Shown: positions 14,120 through 27,130, counted from the first letter of the stretch. The stretch is DNA of 64,000 bases from Selaginella moellendorffii (GCF_000143415.4 NW_003314262.1:3792021-3856020); one strand, 5' to 3'. The notes: generated by a model not told the origin, from the sequence alone. A program made the numbers and translations.

Positions 14120-15635
14120 TAAGAAATAATAAGAAAATAAAGTAAATTCTGCACAATGAAAAAGAGAATGTTAAGGGCGCTATTCTGATTAACTTTCTTG
14201 TCTCACCTCTATTCAAATTCCAAAGCTGTGATCTTCATAGTAAACAGGCTTGTTGCTGATTATCATGCAGTCATGTTTCCAAATCGAAAACTGATGAGGG
14301 CCTTCATGGACATTGAGAGCGGCGCCAACTCAATGGCCAGTTCCTACATTTCCACTGCACAGCAAGAGAGTACTTAATTCACTGTAGGCAAGAAAACACT
14401 ACCGTGACAATAGTCAAGTTCAATTCTCCATGAGGAGAACAAAGCCTGGAGTATTCTCTGGGAAAACTGCTTAATCAATCGATATGTGCCCCTAAAATAC
14501 AAACAAGTCAGCTAAAAAGACAACAAATGATCCGGAGGGTGCCTTTAAAACTCGCGTATCTCCCATTACACGGACAAGCCCTGGCACGTTAAGGTTAGTA
14601 AAGAATACCAAGGCTTGTCTTTACCAGCAGGACTGTAAGCGACTAAATTTTCCATTCTACTATAGTCACTTAACCACACCTCCGACCACTTGGAGGAGTC
14701 TCATTCACAACCTCCATAAGCCTAACTCAGGACTTGGGGCTTGCTAGCCCCGAGAATGGCATCCATGCCACTCAACCTTAGCACTTGGTCCAAGTGCTCC
14801 ACGTGTCCGATCCCATGATCGACACCCCAAGGTACCACCGACATATCGGCCCGTTACGCTAAGGCCATGCCCATTTACCTCGGTCACACTAGTGGTCCTA
14901 CACCACCTACATTCCAATCCCGTCTCTCAAAGACTGGGTCATCCATCCATGAGTGATCATCCCAGATCCACTCCTTAACATCCTTAGGATGCCTACAGAC
15001 ATGGGGAATAGCATTCCCCAATATCTCTGTTCCGGTCCTCACCAAGTCCCTTTCTGTCCTTGGCTGTGTTCGCCAACACTGCCACTGGATCAAGGCCCAC
15101 CGGCCCGACCACTAAGTCCCACTATCCTCTAGGACTTCCTCACTGTGTGACTGTGTCCTTGGTCACTACCCCAGAGGACTGCTCCTCTTCCTTTCCACAG
15201 TCTGGGCCTTTGGGACAACATTTCGGAACACCGTGGCCTTACGCGAGCCACCTGGGTACTCTCCTCGCCTTCTGCCGTTGGGTGCTCTAGCCATGGGCTT
15301 AGAGCGGGTTCCGTTGAGCCACACCAGGTATCCAAGTAGGTAGTGCCACCCACACTTGGACTGGGAGCATCGGCCAGTCGATCTCCCGGGGGAATTAGAG
15401 CCGGCTCTTGAACACTTCACCAAGCTACCCCGCTTGTCGGTCCGTGTTCACTCTAGTCTTGGACTTCCCAGTGGGCAGCTCATCACCCAACACTGGGTCT
15501 GGCCTTCCTGGGCCAAACTGGCCTTTCCTGGCCAAACTGGCTCCACTGCAGTCCTCCCCCCACTATACTTTTGGAGCTCACCAAACCCCCCAGGGTCTGG
15601 GAGACGAACGCTTTGGGCTTTCACCCTCTCAGGCT

Positions 15636-16256
15636 CCGGACTCGGACTCGGACTCGGACTCGAACTCAGACTCGGACTCGGATTCGGACTCGGACTCGGG
15701 CTCGGGCTCGGGCTCGGTCTCGGCCTTGGCCTCGGTCTCGGTCTCGGTCCCGATCTCGGTCTCGGTCTCGGTCTCGGTCCCGGTCTCGGTCCCGGTCTCA
15801 GTCTCGACTTCGGACTCCATCTTGGACTCCATCTCGGACTCCATCTCGGGTCCATCTTGGGTCCATCTCGGACTCCATCTCGGACTCCATCTCGGACTCC
15901 ATCTCGGGTCCATCTCGGGTCCGCCTCGGACTCCATCTCGGACTCCATTTCGGGTCCATCTTGGGTCCACCTCGGACTCCATCTCGGACTCCATCTCGGA
16001 CTCCATCTCGGGTCCATCTCGGACTCCACTTCGGACTCCAACTCGGGTCCATCTCGGGTCCACCTCGGACTCCACTTTGGACTCCAACTCGGGTCCATCT
16101 CGGGTCCATCTCGGACTCCACTTCGGACTCCAACTCGGGTCCATCTCGGACTCCACTTCGGACTCCAACTCGGGTCCATCTCGGACTCCACTTTGGACTC
16201 CAACTCAGGTCCATCTCGGACTCCACTTCGGACTCCAACTCGAGTCCATCTCGGAC
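15636..16256. repeat. Compound minisatellite in 3' LTR: (GGACTC)n, (GGTCTC)n, 11/12-mers, then 35-mer
   Basis: Directly visible units CTCGGA, CTCGGT, CTCGGACTCCAT, CTCGGGTCCAT and CTCGGACTCCACTTCGGACTCCAACTCGGGTCCAT. Confidence 0.95.
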
Positions 16257-19200
16257 ACTCCCACGTGTCATGTGTTGGTCCTTTTGGGTCCCTTTTTGGA
16301 GCCTCGCCCCTTGCTCGCTTCGTGCTCGTTCCTTGGGCACTTCATTGGGAGTTCCACTCCCGCTCTTGACTTTTCAAGTCGGAGCTTTTGGTCCAAATGT
16401 GTTACGCTCGTTTGGCTCTCGCTTCGGCCACTACCATGTGGCGCCCTTCCGGCTCCACTTTGGGGCCTAGGGATTTTGTGTCTCACAACTCCACCACCCA
16501 TAGACGAAGTTCGATGTCCTCATCGAACGGTAAACCCTTTCATAAAGTAACACCCACACGTGTTACCATTTCCATCCTTGGCACCTAGCCAACCTTTGTC
16601 TATGGTTTGACACCAAAGGCTCTCCATGCCTTGTCCATCCTTTAAGGAGCGTAGTCTCTCCAACTTAGAGACTGATTGGACCACATGTAATGGTTCTCTC
16701 CTTTTAGTGGTTTAGTTCTCGCTAAACCTCTTAGAGACCCTTCTCTAAGTCAATCCCACTACTCCTTCTCGAGTAGTCTCAATTTCCATCGATATAACCT
16801 TTGCACTTTGGAACTTTGAATTTTGACGTCTTGGAGTCAATTTCCTAGGTGTCTCCGACACCTTGCCTTGCACCTTTTGTGCAACTCCACTTCCCATCCT
16901 AGAAAGTTCTCTACTCGAGGGCACCATCATCCTCTCCTCTATTTCGTGCCAAAGTTCCAGTTATCATACTTTGTGCTAGGGCTGTTCATGGCCCTATCAT
17001 TTGGCTGCCTTACCGCTCCCTCCCTTGGAGCTTCCACTTTCGCTAAATCGGAGCATTTCGGAATCCCTCCTTGGAAACACACTTCCTTTCCCGCAACTTG
17101 TTAGCGTCCAACACATTAGTGTTCCTCCCCTAACTTTGTCACTTGGATTCCTTCCAAGGGATTCCACGGCCCTATCTTGGCCACTCATCTTTTGCTCCTA
17201 TCCGTTGATTGTTGCACCAAGCAACATCGAATCTCTACCTCCCTCCTTGAGGTATTGTTTCGGTTCCATAGCAAAGACTCTTCTTTGCCAAGTCCGGAGG
17301 ATGTTCACCCCTAGTACGTCTCTTTAGCATCTTCTGCTATGGGCTCTATCCACGGCCCAACTTCGTGACCCTCCCATGGGTCTTTTATAGAGACTACTTT
17401 CCTCGGACTCACTATGCCATCGCACGGACGTAGTTTATTTCCCTTAGGTGCTCTTCCCACTTGGTCATCACGACCAAGCCACACCACCTTAAACAATTCA
17501 ATTTCAACATTTTGAACCAGGAACTTCATTCCTTAGCCAACCAAGGACCTTGTCCTTATCTGGCCATAAGATCACCTAGTGATCTCACCTTGGCACCTTA
17601 ACAGAGTTGCCAAGAGGTACTTGGTTTTCTAGACCTCCAAGTTGTTGACTATAACCCCGGGGGCATCCCCCACACTTGGCGGTGCACCCAAGCTAGCCCT
17701 TACGGCCAAGGGTTCATAGCAACTGAGATTAGGTGTCCCCATCTCACTCACCACGACCTTGGTGCCACTTGCACCAAAGTGTTCAAGTTAGATATGCTGA
17801 GCTTTCACACTAAGCAATCTAACCGTGCATCATGACTCCGAGGCATCCCTCGCTTGGCGGTGTGCCCAAACCAATCTCCCCACTGAGAGTCCATGACCAC
17901 CGAAATATGAGTGTCCTCATATTCCAAACCATCACCACGCCCTAGTGATTTGGGACTCGAACCCAAGCACTAGAGGGTCGGGACTCGAACCCAACCTCCG
18001 TATATGCATCTACGGATGGCATCACACAAGATGCCTGGCGTGACTCCCCACGCCAGTGCACCAACTTTTTTTTATTTTTTTTTATTTTTAAAGCGCGCTA
18101 CAGATCACAGCTTAGGAACCTAGTTCCTCCACACTGCCAAGTCCTCTCACTTGACATGTCTGTGATCATGCATGGACTCCTCCATGCTCAGCCCCATGGC
18201 CCATCCTTTTTGAAGTTATCACCTTCAACTAGGGTATTTGTTCCCCCAACGTGCCAATCTTGCTTGGCAAGTCCTCCGACCACTGTAACATGGTTCCTGC
18301 ATAAGCGTGAAAGTCCTTGACCATCGACTTTCGTTCAAAGCCCTCTCTTTGAACACTCGGGAACTACTTCCCTAACCTTGATAGCCTTGCCTCATGGCAA
18401 GCTTCAAGACCACGCTTCTGCTGCGCCACTCTGATTTCGCACGTTCCATGAACCATTTACACTTGGCCTTTCCAGGTACTAAGCTACCTAGAATTGTCTT
18501 TGGGAACCTTGAAGGAATTCTGTCCCTCAGCTTGCTAAGGCCTCCCTTTTTGCAAGCCTTCCAAATGCCACATAGTCTAACATGGACAATTCTATATTTT
18601 AGACTCTCCATGGCATCACGGTTGCTAGCGGCAACACCCTCGAGCCCCCACTTGATTCTCCACTCCCAGCTGGCATAACCAACCTTGGTTATGCCCTTTG
18701 ATTCCTACGGTTCGGTTCTATCCCCTTACTTCTTGCTTTTTGGCTTCACATCTTTCCTTTGGTCATTCTCCTCCAGACCAGGAGGATAGCTTCGCACTTT
18801 CTATCATGCTTTAGCAAGTATTCTTAGGGATGAACCTACCCAATAGCCTAGGGAGTGGTTCCTCAATCCGGGTATGCTCACCTTATAATCCCACACACTG
18901 GGATTACATTGTTGCTTATGGGCCTTTACATGCCCATCACTAGCCTTGCCAAAATTCCATTTTTGGCTTTGTCCAACTCGGGTAGACAGTCCTCTCCTGT
19001 CTCCGCAACCTTGGACATTTGGATAGCACCTTCTATCCATCATTCGCTAGGGACTTAATCCCTTGGGCTTTATCCATTGCCCTCGCGACATCAAACACCA
19101 CCTTCTAGTGTTCTAGAGTGTTCGGGTGTCCCAATGATGGCTTTCTTGACAATGAGTATTTCCTTTTATGACATTGACTTACTATATCGCAACACAAGCA

Positions 19201-21557
19201 ACTTATCCCCCGTAAGGGTATATCCAACTTCCCTATGCTATTAAGAAGTCTTGGGTAGCTACCTTCTACCCGTTTAACTAGTTATTTTGCACCTCTTGCT
19301 TAATTGCCTCATAGTTGTCAAGTTCTACAACTCATTGCTTGGTGCTTTCACACCTCCATCATTATCTGGGTCACCACACTCCAACTGCATGCTCTGCAGC
19401 TTAGGCTATGCTATTCCCATTTCCATTGGGATTCCTTTGGCAAGGGGTTCTCATGAACCCCCCAACATAGCCTCAAGGTATCACACCTTGGCACATTTGG
19501 TGTCTCCACACCATCGGCTCCACGAGCTTACCTCTATGACATTTCCCCTTCGTGTCTAAGTCTTTGCCAAGACCAACACTGGTCTTTCTCATGCCAACCA
19601 TCCGTTAGCACTGCACCATAGAGGTCACACACAACTTTATGTCAAAGTTGTTTTCTTCTGGGAACACCTTTCCCATAACTTTAGCATGGCATATTTTGCC
19701 ATCGATGAGATACCCTCTGTTCTCATCCTTGGATCCTATGATCCCCCCCCATCCTTTGTGGGGTACAACACACCTCAGTCCAAATGCTTCCATCAGTCCT
19801 TTTAGGACCATCCGTTGACTCTACTTGAGTCATCCAGCAGTTTTGGACTTGGTTAATCCACAAACCTGTAAGGTCCTACTTGTGAGGCACTAGCTCACTG
19901 GAATACACTTCTTGCATTCCTGTCCTACTCAAAAGGACTATTTTCACAAGTGCTACTCCGACACTTGATTTTGTTCTCTGGGGGCAACCTTTGCCCCTTA
20001 GGACTACTTGTCCATGTGATGAGAACACCAACTCATCCACTTAATACACCCCCAACTCCTGGGGTTGTTCCAGCATTTATTAGAGGTAGCCCCGGCTACC
20101 TTTTCAAGGACTTGAGTCCTCTTCCGTATTTGACTTCCCACGGTCATTACTTCTGGTCTCACATTCATGAGCACCAACCTCAACTATATGAGGAAAATCT
20201 TGTGACTCCTTTATTGCTTTGGAGTCTTTATCTTTCCCGTGATCCCAACTGTAGTTGTTTACCATAACTACATTAGCCAGTTTGCTAAGTCAAACGCTCA
20301 TCTGGATCACATCCTCAACTCTTTGAGGAAAACCATATACTGTTCCCAAGATCCCAAAGTCGTTCCATTATTGGCCCTTTTCTATCCACCACCTCGTCTA
20401 CAAGTTCACACATGAACTGTAATGGAGAGCCATGTCTTCCCGACTTGCTACTCCTCAAGGATAGGCCCACTCCTCGGACCTTCCGATGCCAACACTAATG
20501 GTGATATACTTGAGCACCAATAAAAGTCGGACTAAGGAACAGCTCTGATACCAAATTGTAAGCGACTAAATTTTCCATTCTACTATAGTCACTTAACCAC
20601 ACCTCCGACCACTTGGAGGAGTCTCATTCACAACCTCCATAAGCCCAACTCAGGACTTGGGGCTTGCTAGCCCCGAGAATGGCATCCATGCCACTCAACC
20701 TTAGCACTTGGTCCAAGTGCTCCACATGTCCGATCCCATGATCGACACCCCAAGATACCACCGACATATCGGCCCGTTACGCTAAGGCCATGCCCATTTA
20801 CCTCGGTCACACTGGTGGTCCTACACCACCTACATTCCAATCCCGTCTCTCAAAGACTGGGTCATCCATCCATGAGTGATCATCCCAGATCCACTCCTTA
20901 ACATCCTTAGGATGCCTACAGACATGGGGAATAGCATTCCCCAATATCTCTGTTCCGGTCCCCACCAAGTCCCTTTCTGTCCTTGGCTGTGTTCGCCAAC
21001 ACTGCCACTGGATCGAGGCCCACCGGCCCGACCACTAAGTCCCACTATCCTCTAGGACTTCCTCACTGTGTGACTGTGTCCTTGGTCACTACCCCAGAGG
21101 ACTGCTCCTCTTCCTTTCCACAGTCTGGGCCTTTGGGACAACATTTCGGAACACCGTGGCCTTACGCGAGCCACCTGGGTACTCTCCTCGCCTTCTGCCG
21201 TTGGGTGCTCTAGCCATGGGCTTAGAGCGGGTTCCGTTGAGCCACACCAGGTATCCAAGTAGGTAGTGCCACCCACACTTGGACTGGGAGCATCGGCCAG
21301 TCAATCTCCCGGGGGAACTAGAGCCGCTCTTGAACACTTCACCAAGCTACCCCGCTTGTCGGTCCGTGTTCACTCTAGTCTTGGACTTCCCAGTGGGCAA
21401 CTCATCACCCAACACTGGGTCTGGCCTTCCTGGGCCAAACTGGCCTTTCCTGGCCAAACTGGCTCCACTGCAGTCCTCCCCCCACTATACTTTTGGAGCT
21501 CACCAAACCCCCCAGGGTCTGGGAGACGAACGCTTTGGGCTTTCACCCTCTCAGGCT

Positions 21558-22202
21558 CCGGACTCGGACTCGGACTCGGACTCGGACTCAGACTCGGATT
21601 CGGACTCGGACTCGGGCTCGGGCTCGGTCTCGGCCTCGGTCTCGGCCTCGGCCTCGGTCTCGGTCTCGGTCCCGATCTCGGTCTCGGTCTCGGTCCCGAT
21701 CTCGGTCTCGGTCTCGGTCTCGTCCCTGGTCTCGGTCCCGGTCTCGGTCTCGACTTCGGACTCCATCTCGGACTCCATCTCGGACTCCATCTCGGACTCC
21801 ATTTCGGGTCCATCTCGGGTCCACCTCGGACTCCATCTCGGACTCCATCTCGGACTCCATCTCGGGTCCATCTCGGACTCCACTTTGGACTCCAACTCGG
21901 GTCCATCTCGGGTCCACCTCGGACTCCACTTCGGACTCCAACTCGGGTCCATCTCGGGTCCATCTCGGACTCCACTTCAGACTCCAACTCGGGTCCATCT
22001 CGGGTCCACCTCGGACTCCACTTCGGACTCCAACTCGGGTCCATCTCGGGTCCATCTCGGACTCCACTTCGGACTCCAACTCGGGTCCATCTCGGACTCC
22101 ACTTCGGACTCCAACTCGGGTCCATCTTGGACTCCACTTTGGACTCCAACTCGGGTCCATCTCGGACTCCACTTTGGACTCCAACTCGAGTCCATCTCGG
22201 AC
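21558..22202. repeat. Compound minisatellite in 5' LTR (same units, different copy arrangement)
   Basis: Same motifs as 15636-16256 with unit gains and losses. Confidence 0.95.
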
Positions 22203-25200
22203 ACTCCCACGTGTCATGTGTTGGTCCTTTTGGGTCCCTTTTTGGAGCCTCGCCCCTTGCTCGCTCCGTGCTCGTTCCTTGGGCACTTCGTTGGGAGTTC
22301 CACTCCCGCTCTTGACTTTTCAAGTCGGAGCTTTTGGTCCAAACGTGTTACGCTCGTTTGGCTCTCGCTTCGGCCACTACCATGTGGCGCCCTTCCGGCT
22401 CCACTTTGGGGCCTAGGGATTTTGTGTCTCACAAGGACATGCCTGAGGGATGCTATCGCGCGCTTGGAAAAGGTACTCCAAAATGAACAGTCCTGGTTAT
22501 ATCATTGTTCCATCTGTATATTGTGCGCCACTGTCGAGCAAAAGCAGATTTTCATCATCCACTAAGGCTCCATTTGCACCCAATCCTGTAAGGACTGGTA
22601 AGAGCCAACAATTTTGCAATGGTAGAAAATACAAGCCACAAATTGTATCAAAGCTAGTTTCTAGAAATCCATCCTTGTTGGAACGAGAGCAGAGAAGTTC
22701 ATCGCCAACTTCCACCTCCGTAAGTTTGGCTTTCTCAGTAACGATTTTTACTTTGAGCCAAGCCCAAAACTCAACCAGCATCCCTGCTCGGAAAGACCCG
22801 GTTACAATTGCAAAGAAAACGACGGAACTTTTACCTCAAGTGTTCTTGTTTCATCCCTGAGATCTCAGCAGCATTTTTTATGGCCTTCGGCACAGATAGC
22901 GGCAATGGTCTGTGTAATACAGCCTGTCCATCTGATGTTCCATTTTTCCCATCGACATCCGCTTTGGCATAAAAGCTCGTACATCCTTCCGAAAATGCAT
23001 TCACAATGGCCATGTTGGTTTTGGTTGGATCTAGCCACAATTTTGAGCCCGACTCAACTAATTTAAAAGAACATTGCATTAGCAACTCCCTAACACCAAA
23101 AGGATAGCACACCTTTGAATAGTTGATAGGAGCGCGGAGTACTCTTTGACGGTCACGGAAGAGTTTTCCAGATGCATCTCAACGTCTGGCGTCACCTTTG
23201 ACACATCAGTGAAAAGAGTTGCCTTGTCCATCTGGACAAGCGCGTAAGCATAAGCCACTGGAGAATGAGGGACATTGCCACCACACTGAAACATAAAAAT
23301 TCAGAAGAGAAAAGTACAGACGTTCACTTACAAGATTAAACAGCCATGCAACTTCTTCGAGCATGGTTATCACGACGCCAGTAGCACCAGCTGCGGAAAG
23401 TTTCTTTCTCGCATCCGAGAGCTTCATCGCGACATCAACGCCAGCGTAAATCAAATCGTGCACTCTCAGAGGAGACTTGCGGACAATGTCAAGGTCTCCC
23501 ATCGAGTCAAATCTCATCAATCAAGTTGAGATCGACAAAAGTGAGTTGAATCTCTTTGGCTGACAAGGTTCGCCTGAGCTCCTCCGCACCATCGTGGCTG
23601 ACAAGAAACCGTCAAACATGAGAACGGAGGTTTAGAAAAGCACCGTAGCTTACAGGATCAGAGAGATTGTCTCTGAGCCACTCACTGTATGAAGGCACGC
23701 CAACAGAGCCACCTCTCATGAGCGTCCATTCAAGTCCAAGTTGGTTCTCAGCCTACACACGGAAATGAGAAATCTGTGCAGGAAGAAAGCAAAAGAATGA
23801 AGTTGAATCAATTACCTGAAGATAGTATCGACCATCCGTCCAAAGCGCAGCCTTCTCCATGGTGATCACAGCAGTTCCTGCGCTTCCCGTGAATCTGAAA
23901 TGTAAGCTCGTCGCGTGAAGCACTCGGCTATAAATTCACTCTGCATACGCACCAGTGAGCTACTTACAAAAAAGAAAAGAGGAAACAAGAAAAAAAAATC
24001 CTAGAGTCCTTTTTTTCATTCTCAAGGAAGACGCAAGTACCTGGTGAGCGTCCTCCGAAGGCACGATGTAAGCTTGGACGCCCAATTCGCTCATCAATTT
24101 CCTCAAATCCGCCAGCTTCTTACAGGAACAAATTCCTTGTCATTGACATTCTTCCTCGCATTCCTGACGGACGAAGGCTCTGCCGTGATCCCGGGCCCCG
24201 GATTCTTGGATCCCGAACACAATGCTGTGAGATTTCCTCTTGGAGACGGCATTGCCATGAAAATCGAAGAGGAGCGTCTGATTCCGGCGCCAATGCCCCT
24301 GCGCGCGGCAGCAGCTGAGAGAACCGAATGGCGGCCCGGACGATTGGAAATCCAAAAACACCTCAACAATCGCGCGCTCCCGAATTGCGGGAGGGCGAGG
24401 AGCCCTAGAGCTTGACTCCATTTTTTAACCAGCTCTCAGATCTGGAGCTCGATTCCAAGAACGAAAACAATTCGATAAACATCATGTTATTCCGACCTAA
24501 TTGGACTATTTCTCCAAATGTGACAATTGACTAGTAAATTTTTTATGGAAGCTTACCTTGCACATGATGAACATTAATGGCTGTTAGCACAAAGACTGAG
24601 TCCCTCAGAATAATACTTTAACTTTTCCAAAAAAAAAAAGAGAAATAAGACTTTCAAAACAATTTAAGTCAACCGAGCCAAGACAGTTGACTGTTATAAT
24701 ATGCATTACCGTTTAAAGAATACTTTGAAGAATATTACCAAGTTTTATTGCTGTTTTTGAATATCTAAAAGTATTCTTTTTTAATAATTTTATATTCAAA
24801 AATATTTCTTCATTATAATATACTTTATGCTGTAACTATAAACTATTATATAATATTAGATATTATTATAACTACAATAAATTATAACTCAAATCCCTAT
24901 TCAGCTAACTAAGATTAGATATTGGTAGTTTACACAAATCTAAATATTATTAAAATTATTAATTTGGTTTAAAATGCCTCCAGCATGCTGCTAGATTCGA
25001 ATGGTGCCAACATTGCTCAGATAGCGCTACATTCCAGGTGACTGCTGACAAAAGAAACCTTTTCAATGAAAATATTGCTACTAAAATCTTTAAAAAATAT
25101 TCTTTAGAGTGCCAAAATATTCTTAAAATATTCTTGTCAATGGCTATGGCTCCCTTGGCTCCCTGTTGACATGGCTCCCTATATTGGCAGATCCCTTTCA

Positions 25201-25291
25201 AAAGAAGCCAATGGAAGTCTGGTTTGTGCAGGATATATTCAAGAGGCCAATCTCAAACTGGTGAAGTGAGTGCTTCATTCCTTCTTGCAGC

Positions 25292-27130
25292 ATGGAGCTT
25301 TTCCTACAGTCCTGGAATGCTCTGAACTTTCTGGTGTTTCTACTCTCTTTGTGGCTAATCTCCCGAAAGTTCTACAAATCATCCACGCGCCAGGAAGCCA
25401 TGGCTTGCCACTTGTCAGAGAATCTCTCTCTCTCTTTTGGGGATCCCCTCTAGACTTCCTCAGCACTCGACGCAAAAGGTCCTTCTCTGACTTTCACTTC
25501 GATCTTGATTTAACTAACTGCATTTTACAGGTATGGAGGAGTTTTCTGGAGTAACTTGCTTGGATCTCCCACCATCGTTGCAACAACAGTAAAGTCGGCC
25601 AAGTTCTTCCTCAGCTGCACTGACTGTGGCCCCTCGGGTCTGTTTGCCCGATTGCTTGGGCCGGAAACTATAAACGAGGTCATCGGGAGTCAGCATGCGC
25701 TCTACCGGAGAATCATTCTGGGGATGATGGTTCCAGAGACACTCAAGTGCCACGTCCAAATGATTGATATCTTGGCTCAGGAGACTCTCGAGTCGTGGGG
25801 GTCGAAAAAGATGGTGTCGGTTATGGAAGAAACTCTCAAGGCTTTCATCACGTCTTTGTTTTGCTTGATCCTTTGATCTGGTTTTATACTCTTGCCAGTT
25901 TAGCTACTGCACGGTGATTGGATTAGTGTGCCAGAAACTCCTGCCCTCCACTCCAGAGATGATCGATCTCATGCGAGACATCCTAATGATAGAGAATGGG
26001 GTATTCCAGTTTCCAATCGACTTACCCTTTTCACCTTATCACAAAGCGTTACAGGTTTTTGCGTGGTTTTTAATTTTTCTAATTCTGGATCTATTGTTGT
26101 AATTGAGCAGGCCAGGGCAAGGCTCCACAGATTCTTGGATGGGCTCATCAACAAGAGAAGGGCCGAACTAGCTGCCAACAGTGAAACGCACAAAGATGCA
26201 CTGGACGAGTTTATTACGCATAAAGATGACAAGGCTGGATTCCTCTCGAATCAACAAGTGGAAGACAATCTTGTGACACTGCTGTTCGGAGGCCACCACA
26301 CCACAGCCCTTGCTCTCGTGTGGCTGATGAAACACTTGAATGAGAACCCACAGGCTTTCAAGGAAGTGGAGGTTATTATTATTGTTATTATTATTATTGT
26401 GAATTTTTAAAATTCTGTTTTGATTTCTAGGAGGAGCAAACGAGAATCTTTCTTGGTAGAAGCTCCAACAATTACAACTTAACTTGGGAAGACACAAGAC
26501 AGATGCCAGCCACTCTAAGGGTTGTGGACTAAACTCCAATTTTATGTTAGATTTAATTCGAGTGGTTTTGTAGGCTGTCAATGAAAGTATGAGGCTTTCT
26601 AATGTTGTGGGGGTGGTGACACGTAAACTCACTAAGTATATCAGCTACAAAGGTTTTATTACATATGATTGAAGCTAATTCCAATTGTTTGTCTTCTTAA
26701 CAGGCTACACCTTGCCCAAAGATTGGATGATTCATGTCTATATGCCACCAATCCACTTAGATGACAGCATTTACCTCAATGCAGCAAAATTTAATCCATC
26801 CAGATTTGAAGTATGGTATTTTTTGTGTTTATACTAAACCAAACTTTTATTTTAGGTTCCAGCTAAAACTGGCACATTTATTCCATTTGGCTATGGAGAT
26901 AGAATATGCCCAGGGAGAGCATTAAGTCTAGAGAAAATGATTTTCATACACAGGCTTATCACAAAATACAGGTAAATTCTTTTGCTCCTCCTTTCTTGTC
27001 AACAAATTGTAATCTTTTATTGAAGATGAATCCAAACAGTAAAACAAGCTACTGGCCAATGCCATCCGTGAAAGATGGATACCTCGTACATACTATAGTA
27101 AGAAATAAGAAGAAAATAAGCCTTTACTGA
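25292..27130 (+). pseudogene. Cytochrome P450, CYP85 clan (CYP716-like), copy C; full length but frameshifted
   Basis: ATG at 25292 gives MELFLQSWNALNFLVFLLSLWLISRKF (TM anchor), then a frameshift near 25385 before PGSHGLPLV. Has a GC donor near 25841 and a 10-bp deletion in the last exon relative to A/B. Heme motif FGYGDRICPG. Confidence 0.85.

Larger units (their letters stand above)
1..14633. repeat. Near-identical tandem duplication, period 9339 bp (1-5292 vs 9340-14633; homology resumes at 22439 after the insertion)
   Basis: Position 1 TTGTTGGCATTCATG recurs at 9340. Identical or near-identical short ORFs recur in the ORF track at +9339. Confidence 0.95.
14634..22433 (-). mobile_element. 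Young non-autonomous LTR retrotransposon (family 2, LARD-like): 5' LTR 20557-22433, PBS 20542-20553, PPT ~16488-16500, 3' LTR 14634-16487
   Basis: TG...CA termini on both LTRs. TSD AGGAC at 14629-14633 and 22434-22438, with the empty site in copy A near 5288. PBS TGGTATCAGAGC on -. LTRs about 99% identical outside the array. No gag/pol ORF in the 4.07 kb internal region. Confidence 0.95.
14200..24370 (-). pseudogene. Aminopeptidase P (APP2-like) copy B, interrupted by the LTR element at 14634-22433
   Basis: Exons include WTDGRY, EVAWLFNL, NVPHSPVAYAYA, KAIKNAAEISGMKQEHLR and DSGAQYTDGT. Contains stops, frameshifts and the insertion. Confidence 0.85.

Noticed and set aside
15636-16256. CRISPR-like appearance of the array
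   Set aside because: No unique spacers, eukaryotic context, no cas genes.
15356-16550. Long overlapping ORFs (SD-, RS- and GL-repeat proteins) in many frames, also at 21266-22565
   Set aside because: Products of the stop-free minisatellite within the LTRs. No evidence they are genes.
17940-18000. True tRNA gene
   Set aside because: Only T-arm-like hairpins are present. No D-arm, anticodon arm or acceptor stem could be built.
24700-25140. Possible MITE with AAGAATA-type inverted ends
   Set aside because: AT-rich low complexity with no convincing TIR or TSD.
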